Positions 53,608 to 60,059 of a stretch of DNA of 60,059 bases are shown piece by piece. Each line of letters opens with the position of its first letter. The stretch's first letter is position 1. The stretch lies in NCBI GenBank assembly GCA_050012075.1, contig JBEKHW010000005.1:1-60059 (forward strand), given 5' to 3'. A model generated the notes under the pieces. It did not search any database. It was not told the origin of the DNA and saw only the letters and a list, made by a program, of their open reading frames with translations. The position numbers were made by a program, and so were the translations under genes. This stretch comes from Candidatus Omnitrophota bacterium. GTDB taxonomy: Bacteria; Omnitrophota; Gorgyraeia; Gygaellales; Profunditerraquicolaceae.

Positions 53608-53680
53608 TGGGCCATGTAGGAGTCGGACCTACGACCTTGACATTAAGAGTGTCCTGCTCTACCAATTGAGCTAATGGCCC
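53608..53680 (-). tRNA. tRNA-Lys(CUU)
   Basis: Reverse complement GGGCCATTAGCTCAATTGGTAGAGCA-GGACA-CTCTTAA-TGTCA-AGGTC-GTAGG-TCCGACT-CCTAC-ATGGCCCA. The T loop reads TCCGACT (C at position 55), which is unusual. CCA is not encoded. Confidence 0.8.
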
Positions 53681-54820
53681 TTAAATTCCAACCTGTTTAT
53701 TATCAATCAGTTCCGATAAAGTAAGAAATCTTTTATTTTCAAAGTTTGAAATTTCCTGCAAATTTCCTGCAGTTTGAGGCTCTGTTTTATGAAGATTCTG
53801 CTCCAAAACATCAACTGCGCGCTTCTTATGATCCGGTGATAAATGACTGTATCTCAATGTCATCTCCAGTGATTTATGCCCCAATAATTCCCTAACAGTG
53901 TTCAGATCAACGCCTGACATGACTAACTGCGATGCAAAAGTATGCCTTAAATCGTGAAAATGGAAGTCAACTATACCAGAATTATTAATGGCTGTAAAGA
54001 AAGATTTTTTAATATCTCCATAAGGCTTGCCATCTTTATTACAGAAGATATACTGCGAATCCGGATGCTTAAGAACCCCAATAATTGTCTTCTGAACAAT
54101 TCTATTCATCGGTACTTCTCTTTTTTCCCCATTCTTGGTAGTTAATAGATGAATTATATTGCGCTTAATGTCTATATCGTGCCATTTAAGCTTAAGAATT
54201 TCGCTCTTACGCATGCCGGTATACAAAGCAACGATAATTATAGGCTTTAGATGTTCGCAACAATTAGATAATAGTCTATCTATTTCCTCTTTTTCAAGAA
54301 AACGCAGCCTCTGGTTATCTTCTTTAAACAACTCAACCCCTTTACAGGGATTTTTTTCAGACTTACCCCATAATATTGCCTTATTAAAAATGGATTTTAA
54401 AACCGCTAAAGCTCTATTGACTGTAGCTGGACTTATTGTTTTTTTAGCTATAGCTCGTTTTATTACCTGTTTAGCCCTTGCAGACTTAAACCTCTCAACA
54501 TCTAGAGATGTTATTTCGTATAGATATTTCCCGCCAAAGAAACTTTTTAATAATCCTACAATCTTCTTATCGGTATTATATGATCTTTTGTGTTTAGAAT
54601 GGAGCTGCAGATATTCATCAGCAAACTCCTCAAATTTAATCTTTTGTTCCTTTCTCACATCAAGATACTTATTCTCAGCGATTTCAGTCAATCTTTTATG
54701 CAAAACAGCCTCAGCTAATTTCTTGTCTTTACCGATATGTTCTGTCTTTCTTCTGCCATTATAAGAATAGACAATATAGTAGATTATCCCCTTTTTACCC
54801 TTGTATTCGTATACCGGCAT
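53681..54820 (-). CDS. tyrosine recombinase / phage-type integrase
   Basis: 379 aa with an N-terminal SAM-like domain and catalytic motifs TGMRKSE, HDLRHTFAS and LGHKSLEMTLRYSH. The stop codon abuts the 5' end of tRNA-Lys. Confidence 0.9.
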   Translation of the reverse strand: MPVYEYKGKKGIIYYIVYSYNGRRKTEHIGKDKKLAEAVLHKRLTEIAENKYLDVRKEQKIKFEEFADEYLQLHSKHKRSYNTDKKIVGLLKSFFGGKYLYEITSLDVERFKSARAKQVIKRAIAKKTISPATVNRALAVLKSIFNKAILWGKSEKNPCKGVELFKEDNQRLRFLEKEEIDRLLSNCCEHLKPIIIVALYTGMRKSEILKLKWHDIDIKRNIIHLLTTKNGEKREVPMNRIVQKTIIGVLKHPDSQYIFCNKDGKPYGDIKKSFFTAINNSGIVDFHFHDLRHTFASQLVMSGVDLNTVRELLGHKSLEMTLRYSHLSPDHKKRAVDVLEQNLHKTEPQTAGNLQEISNFENKRFLTLSELIDNKQVGI

Positions 54821-54832
54821 CTTAATCCTTTT

Positions 54833-55009
54833 TTATCTCTGGGTTATTTTTTTCAATCTTTTGATATCCTTATCCAACCAATACCTGAAATTACTCATGG
54901 GGTCTCTGCGTGCCTTTGGAACCTTGCCGGACTTCTCCCAGTTGTAATAAGTCTTGCGGCAGACTTTTAAGATCTTCTCCAGATCCTTTATCAGGAATTT
55001 TCTTTCCAT
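54833..55009 (-). CDS. small MerR/excisionase-type HTH protein (58 aa; below the ORF-track size cut-off)
   Basis: Hand translation from the sequence: MERKFLIKDLEKILKVCRKTYYNWEKSGKVPKARRDPMSNFRYWLDKDIKRLKKITQR. Lies directly upstream of the integrase. Confidence 0.6.
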   Translation of the reverse strand: MERKFLIKDLEKILKVCRKTYYNWEKSGKVPKARRDPMSNFRYWLDKDIKRLKKITQR

Positions 55010-55071
55010 ATTTAAGATAGTTTACTATATCATTAACTCCGTGTCAACATATTTTTTACAGTAAACTATTG

Positions 55072-55260
55072 TCAATAGCTACAAACACTCCTGACCTCAT
55101 CTTTTTTCAACCATTTGTCTATCTCTTCTTTATCAAATTTCTTCAGGCGGCTTTTTCTAATAAAGGGGATTTTCCTCTGCCGGATCCATAAATAGATAGT
55201 ATAAACACTAAATCCCGTGTATTCTGATAATTCTTTTGGCGATAAGTATCTTTTGTCCAT
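55072..55260 (-). CDS. AlpA/excisionase-type HTH protein
   Basis: YLSPKELSEYTGFSVYTIYLWIRQRKIPFIR...FDKEEIDKWL. Confidence 0.75.
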   Translation of the reverse strand: MDKRYLSPKELSEYTGFSVYTIYLWIRQRKIPFIRKSRLKKFDKEEIDKWLKKDEVRSVCSY

Positions 55261-55507
55261 AAGGTATTATTTTTTTATTAATTTGTTAGTTAACCTAAAA
55301 AAGTCTTTTAACTTTAAGATTACAAAGCGCTCTCTTTCTGACTCTTTACCAAAAAGAATTAAAGGCACGCCAGTAGATAGAATATATTTCTGATGGAAAA
55401 TTCCTGAGTTTTTTCCAAACAACTTTAACGATTTATCCACAGTATTAACAGGCCTTTCTTTGCTACTATTTATTTAATATTTATTTCTTTTATTTTGAGG
55501 GTGCATA

Positions 55508-55924
55508 TTACGCCACTACTTTTGGCGTAAAATCAACCACCTCTTCTGGTGTCATATTTGCCACCACCCCGGTGTCTATTTTGTTATTCGAACCCTGGTT
55601 TATCCACAGCTTCCAGCTGTAATAATTCTTGTTTAAACCTAAGATATTGCCGCGTGGGGATTGTTCTTTAAAAAGTACATTATCCTTAACCAAACGCTTG
55701 ATTAATCTTTTTATGTAGCGCAAGTCAATATGGGTGCACTTGGAGAGCTGGGAAAAGGGAATGACGTCCTTTGTTTTTTTCCAACCGTAAGTATTCCTTA
55801 TAACGGCTAGCAATATCCTTAATTCTGAACCATTAAAAGGATATTTTATAAGGGCATCTAATAATTCATTAGCGATCTTTGTGTATCCATGCTCAGCTTG
55901 CGGATTAGCTTTAAGATTCTCCAT
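55508..55924 (-). CDS. phage replication protein O N-terminal domain-like protein
   Basis: GYTKIANELLDALIKYPFNGSELRILLAVIRNTYGWKK resembles the replisome-organizer N-terminal winged-helix family (from memory). Confidence 0.6.
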   Translation of the reverse strand: MENLKANPQAEHGYTKIANELLDALIKYPFNGSELRILLAVIRNTYGWKKTKDVIPFSQLSKCTHIDLRYIKRLIKRLVKDNVLFKEQSPRGNILGLNKNYYSWKLWINQGSNNKIDTGVVANMTPEEVVDFTPKVVA

Positions 55925-56477
55925 GGCAAATAAAAAAGGCTGGCTTCCTGAAATTGCTTTCAGAAAACCAGCCCTATTTTTCTCCGATCTTGCGACCGAG
56001 TGATAGCGACTGCGTTAAATCTACCTAATTTTCAATTTTAATATTACCCTATAGTCTTATCTTTGTCAAGTTTTTTTTGTAAAATAGTTACTCTAGTCTT
56101 ACTAAGTTAATCTATTATGGGCCACCTTGCCTTCTTTTGCCGGGGTTATCTCTAAATAGAATTGAGTGCCATCTGATTTTAGAATCACATGAATGTAGCC
56201 TTTCTTATGCTGTTTTACTAACCGCCAACCTTCAATTATCTCCAATTCATCGGAACTAAATTCTTTTTGCGCCATAATAAAATCAAGCCTTCTTTATATA
56301 AAAAATAGATTTGGTCTTAAAGGCGCAAATGGGATAATTATCGCCCAAAAATTCGGTTAACATATTCTTTGTCCTTTTGATTTTTATTCTTGAGAACCTA
56401 ATAAGTAACCTGGAAAAAAATATTAATTTCATTTGCTTTCTCCTTTCGGTAATGGGAATATAACACATATTTGGCAG

Positions 56478-56521
56478 TTTGTCAAGTATGCCTTGACAAA
56501 TAACAAATTATAGTGTATACT
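56478..56521 (+). promoter_or_regulatory. promoter with overlapping 9-bp perfect palindrome ahead of the XRE-cupin gene
   Basis: TTTGTCAAG-tatgc-CTTGACAAA (56478-56500). TTGACA (56493-98), 17-nt spacer, TATACT (56516-21). Confidence 0.55.
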
Positions 56522-56544
56522 TTCTCGCAGAAAGGACAAACACC

Positions 56545-57102
56545 ATGGAGACAGGAAAACTTATCAAAGAACTGCGCACTAGCATGAAGATGACCCAGGC
56601 TGAGCTGGCCAGGAAAAGCGGGGTTGACTTTACCACCATAAGCAAGCTTGAAAAAGGCTCCCGACCAGGGAACATCACCACCCATCGTAAGATTGCCAAG
56701 GCCTTAGGGATAACCTTGTCTGAACTCTACAAGGAAATAGAGGAACCATCCCGCCCTGTTTTAGAGGTAAATTCCATTGGAAAACATAAGACCGATATCT
56801 TCTATTATAATAAGAAGGCGGTCTCTCAAATACTTCTTGAGCGAATTTCTTCCCATAAGATGATCCCTGAAATCATGCTCTTAGAGAAAACTGGTGCAAC
56901 CCACATGGAGCAAAAACCGCGTGGCACAGAACAGTTTATTTTTATTTTAGAAGGCAGTTTAGAAATAAAAATCGGGGAGGCTACTCATCAGCTTAAAAAA
57001 GGAGAAAGCATCTACTTTGATGCCTCTATCCCCCATTTGCTTAAGAATATATCTCAAAAAACAACAAGAGCCCTAAGGATAACCACGCCTGCGACTCTCT
57101 AA
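56545..57102 (+). CDS. XRE-family HTH plus cupin domain transcriptional regulator
   Basis: N-terminal LRTSMKMTQAELARKSGVDFTTISKLEKG and a C-terminal cupin barrel (ESIYFDASIPHLLKN). Confidence 0.85.
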   Translation: METGKLIKELRTSMKMTQAELARKSGVDFTTISKLEKGSRPGNITTHRKIAKALGITLSELYKEIEEPSRPVLEVNSIGKHKTDIFYYNKKAVSQILLERISSHKMIPEIMLLEKTGATHMEQKPRGTEQFIFILEGSLEIKIGEATHQLKKGESIYFDASIPHLLKNISQKTTRALRITTPATL

Positions 57103-57117
57103 AGAAAGGAAAACCAA

Positions 57118-57486
57118 ATGCCAAAACAAAAGATACTTGTCTGTGACGACTCGGAAGGAGTGCGCGAATCCCTTAAATTAATCTTGGAAAACGATTATAA
57201 GCTTCTTTTTGCCTGCGATGGTCCAGAAGCATTAAAATTGGTTAAGAGCGCGTCTCCTGATCTGATCCTGCTGGATATTAAGATGCCAAAACTAAACGGC
57301 ATTGAGACCTTAAAAGAAATAAAGCAAATCAGGCCTAAAACAAAAATACTCTTTGTTACCGGATACCAATACACGGATGTGGCTAAAGATGCCATAAAAT
57401 TAGGCGCCTTGGATTACATCATCAAGCCCTTTAGTGAAAAGGACCTGAAAACGGCAGTAAAGAGTGTACTTAAAGGAAAAAGATGA
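57118..57486 (+). CDS. single-domain response regulator (REC)
   Basis: ILVCDDSEG...LILLDIKMP...VTGY...IKPF. Confidence 0.9.
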   Translation: MPKQKILVCDDSEGVRESLKLILENDYKLLFACDGPEALKLVKSASPDLILLDIKMPKLNGIETLKEIKQIRPKTKILFVTGYQYTDVAKDAIKLGALDYIIKPFSEKDLKTAVKSVLKGKR

Positions 57487-59678
57487 ATTGCTATCTTTTA
57501 GCATACCGCCTCTCACTTTACCTTACTACCTTTACCACCTTTGTCCTGGGCTGTTTCATCTTGCTTAAGGCCCAGCGCAACAAAACAAGCCTGATATACG
57601 TGGCCTTTTTGTTTTCGCTGGCCGGATGGAGTCTCCTGCAGGTTAGCCTTAGCGTTGTATCCGGCAGCGAAAAACTCCTTCTTATCAGCAGACTAGCGCA
57701 CGTTTTTATCATCATTCTCCCCTGCTTATTCTTACACTTTACCTATTTGTTTCTGGATATTGAGAAGGAAAACAGGAAAACGCTTATCCTGGCTTACCTC
57801 ATCTCTCTGGGGTTTATCGCCCTCCTGCCGTTTAAGGCGTTTATACCCGGCGTAAGATACCTGGCGAATATCAAATACTTCCCTACCGCGGGACCGATAT
57901 ACCATTTCCATTGCGCTTTCTTTTATATGCTGGTCATATTATGCATCTATGAGTTACACCGGGGATACAGGAATTCCAAGGGACTCAGGGCGACCCAGTT
58001 AAAGTACATGTTTTGGTCAGCGATAATCGGATTTTCCGCCGGAAGTTCAAGTTACCTATATGTCTACAATAAGCCCATGTTTTTTAATCCCTATGCCACG
58101 TTTGGAGTGCCTCTGTATGTATTAACGATCGCCTACATCATCTATAAACACAGGTTCATGGATATAAGCCTGGTGCTTAAGAAAACCGTAATCTACGGGA
58201 TAATCTACAGCCTCTCTCTGGCGGTATTCGGCTCAATTGTCATGCTCCTCGGCCAGCTGGCAATGCCTGCTGTTAATCAAGGCCTTATCGGGCTTTCCAT
58301 GCTGGCGGTATTCGTCATTGTTTCCATGGTAAAGCCACTGGATAAATTCCTAAGCACGCTTACGGATAAATTCCTCTTTAGAGAGAGATACGAATACCAC
58401 AAGACCTTAAGAGAAGCCTCCCAAGGCATGATCCGCATAAGAGAGCTGGATAAGCTCCTTAATCTCATCGTCACAATAATAACCAAACATGTCAGGGTCA
58501 AACAAGCCGCCATATTCATTTATGAGAAGGAAACCAATGCCTACGTGGTTAAGGCATCAAGGGGAAGGCTTAAAATTCCCAAGAATTACCTCAAAGTTAC
58601 CCGGCATAACCCCTTGCTCAAATACCTCTTAAAAACGAAAGATTCTATCGTCTGCGAAGAATTAAAGTTAATTCTCAAACAGGGCCCTTCAATCGCACTG
58701 AAAGAGGTAATTGAAAAACTGGATAACATTGAAGTAAGCATATGCGTGCCGAGTTTCTTAAAAGGTAAACTTATAGGTTTTCTTCTCTTGGGTGAAAAAT
58801 TGTCCGGCGAGATGTATTCGCAGGAAGACCTGAGCCTCTTTAATACCTTGTCTATCCAGGCGGGACTGGCCATTGAAAACGCCCAGGCTTACGAAGAGCT
58901 ATCCAGGACAAAAGACAGGCTGTTCGAAGCAGAAAAATTTGCCTCCATTGGCAGGCTTGCCGGTGGCATTGCGCATGAGATAAAGAATCCCTTGGCTTCT
59001 ATCAAAACCTTTACCGCATACCTAAACAGGAAATTTGACAACCCTGAATTCAGGTCCAAATTCCAGAGGATAGTTGGTTCAGAGGTGGACAGGATTAACC
59101 ACATCGTAGAGCAGCTGGTCACCTATGCGCACCCTAAAAGTTTGCAGCTTGAGAAAACAGATATACATAAAATTATTGAAGAAACCCTGAGCCTCCTTGA
59201 GAATGAACTAAAAAAGGCAAAGGTAGAGGTTAAAACTAACTACTATCCTAAGAATGCAATGCTCTCAGTCGACCCTGAACAATTCAAACAGGTATTCCTT
59301 AACCTTTTCCTAAACAGCATTCAGGCTATGGAACATAATAACGGTGAATTAAAAGAGCTAAAAGTATCCACCTATAGGCAGAACGGCTGCCTAAAAGTTG
59401 TTGTATCTGATAGCGGAGAAGGCATCCATCCTGAAAAGGTTCCCTTGGTATTTGACCCCTTCTTTACTACCAAAGAGAGCGGCTGCGGACTAGGGTTGTC
59501 TATAGTAAAGAGCATAGTGGAAAGCCACAGGGGAAAAATTTCCGTGAAAAGCGAATTAAGCCATGGAGCGGCTTTTTGCATAAGCCTTCCTTTAAAAAAT
59601 AGTCCCGAAAGAAAACTTCTCCTTCGGGACTCTTACCGGATGTTGGCACCGGCTAAAACAGGCAATACCCGTATTTAA
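57483..59678 (+). CDS. membrane sensor histidine kinase (multi-TM N-terminus, GAF-like domain, HisKA, HATPase)
   Basis: About seven TM helices and a GAF-like middle region. H-box AHEIKNPLAS, plus NLFLNSIQAM, DSGEGI and GLGLSI. Confidence 0.88.
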   Translation: MNCYLLAYRLSLYLTTFTTFVLGCFILLKAQRNKTSLIYVAFLFSLAGWSLLQVSLSVVSGSEKLLLISRLAHVFIIILPCLFLHFTYLFLDIEKENRKTLILAYLISLGFIALLPFKAFIPGVRYLANIKYFPTAGPIYHFHCAFFYMLVILCIYELHRGYRNSKGLRATQLKYMFWSAIIGFSAGSSSYLYVYNKPMFFNPYATFGVPLYVLTIAYIIYKHRFMDISLVLKKTVIYGIIYSLSLAVFGSIVMLLGQLAMPAVNQGLIGLSMLAVFVIVSMVKPLDKFLSTLTDKFLFRERYEYHKTLREASQGMIRIRELDKLLNLIVTIITKHVRVKQAAIFIYEKETNAYVVKASRGRLKIPKNYLKVTRHNPLLKYLLKTKDSIVCEELKLILKQGPSIALKEVIEKLDNIEVSICVPSFLKGKLIGFLLLGEKLSGEMYSQEDLSLFNTLSIQAGLAIENAQAYEELSRTKDRLFEAEKFASIGRLAGGIAHEIKNPLASIKTFTAYLNRKFDNPEFRSKFQRIVGSEVDRINHIVEQLVTYAHPKSLQLEKTDIHKIIEETLSLLENELKKAKVEVKTNYYPKNAMLSVDPEQFKQVFLNLFLNSIQAMEHNNGELKELKVSTYRQNGCLKVVVSDSGEGIHPEKVPLVFDPFFTTKESGCGLGLSIVKSIVESHRGKISVKSELSHGAAFCISLPLKNSPERKLLLRDSYRMLAPAKTGNTRI

Positions 59679-60059
59679 TTTTCTCTGCCAGAGTTTTTTC
59701 TTAAGACCTCAATAAATCCTGGGTCAAATTTAATTCCCAATGATTCTGCTTTATGAACATCTTGCCAAGCTTTGTCGTATTCATGTTTGTAATAATAGGC
59801 GAGCCCTAGACCATAGTAGGCGGTTTTAATGTTGGGATTGAGTTTAATTGCCTTGGCGAGGTCATAGATGGCTTGGTCTAACTTGCCTTCGACACCATAA
59901 GCATTCCCCCGGTTGGAGTAGGCTTCTGCAAAGTTAGGATTGAGTTCTATTGCTTTGGCGCAGTCAGATATGCCCTGGTCGTAGTTACCTTTGTAATTAT
60001 AAGCATTACCCCTATTGGAGTAGGCCTCGGCAGAATGAGGATCGAGTTCGATGGCTTTG
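59675..60059 (-). CDS. TPR-repeat protein, C-terminal part (runs out of the window)
   Basis: Hand translation of the reverse strand gives repeated AEAYSNRGNAY...AIxDxxKAIELNP units ending ...LRKNSGREN*. Resembles the TPR region of 7800..9503. Confidence 0.7.
   Translation of the reverse strand, partial: KAIELDPHSAEAYSNRGNAYNYKGNYDQGISDCAKAIELNPNFAEAYSNRGNAYGVEGKLDQAIYDLAKAIKLNPNIKTAYYGLGLAYYYKHEYDKAWQDVHKAESLGIKFDPGFIEVLRKNSGREN

Noticed and set aside
56102-56276. 55-58-aa minus-strand ORF between the replication-like gene and the XRE gene
   Set aside because: Careful re-reading shows an in-frame TAA after 23 codons. My first translation had dropped a base.

Overview
Bacterial chromosomal segment; taxonomy cannot be assigned from the sequence alone. 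Housekeeping genes present: pnp-rpsO, dnaX-recR, an ABC-F ATPase, tadA, dinB, serS and rtcB-archease. These are interleaved with signalling and envelope genes: three histidine kinases, nine single-domain receiver (REC) proteins, a PAS-GGDEF-HD-GYP protein, a PilZ protein, glycosyltransferases and TPR proteins. Seven tRNA genes are visible by eye: Asn, Arg, Lys and four different Ser isoacceptors. Four things deserve a second look. (1) tRNA-Asn(GUU) is interrupted in its anticodon by a 231-nt insert with the conserved core of a group I intron. (2) A repeat family about the size of a tRNA-Ser starts with a tRNA-Ser 5'-half-like head. It sits next to the tRNA-Ser genes, close to serS-rtcB-archease, and one copy is flanked by a 12-bp direct repeat. 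(3) Two ~364-bp near-identical repeats bracket a ZIP transporter gene. Each carries tRNA-Asn-derived fragments, a hairpin with compensatory changes, and an outward promoter with an inverted-repeat operator. They lie in a cassette-like accessory region downstream of the tRNA-Asn gene. (4) A ~10-kb minus-strand operon links a PAS histidine kinase, five tandem single-domain receivers (with truncated receiver 5' fragments between them), a YaiO-like outer-membrane barrel, a HEAT-repeat protein, a processive GT2 synthase and a receiver-epimerase fusion. A tyrosine-integrase module abuts the 5' end of tRNA-Lys. All calls rest on reading the sequence and the supplied ORF translations; no searches were run.
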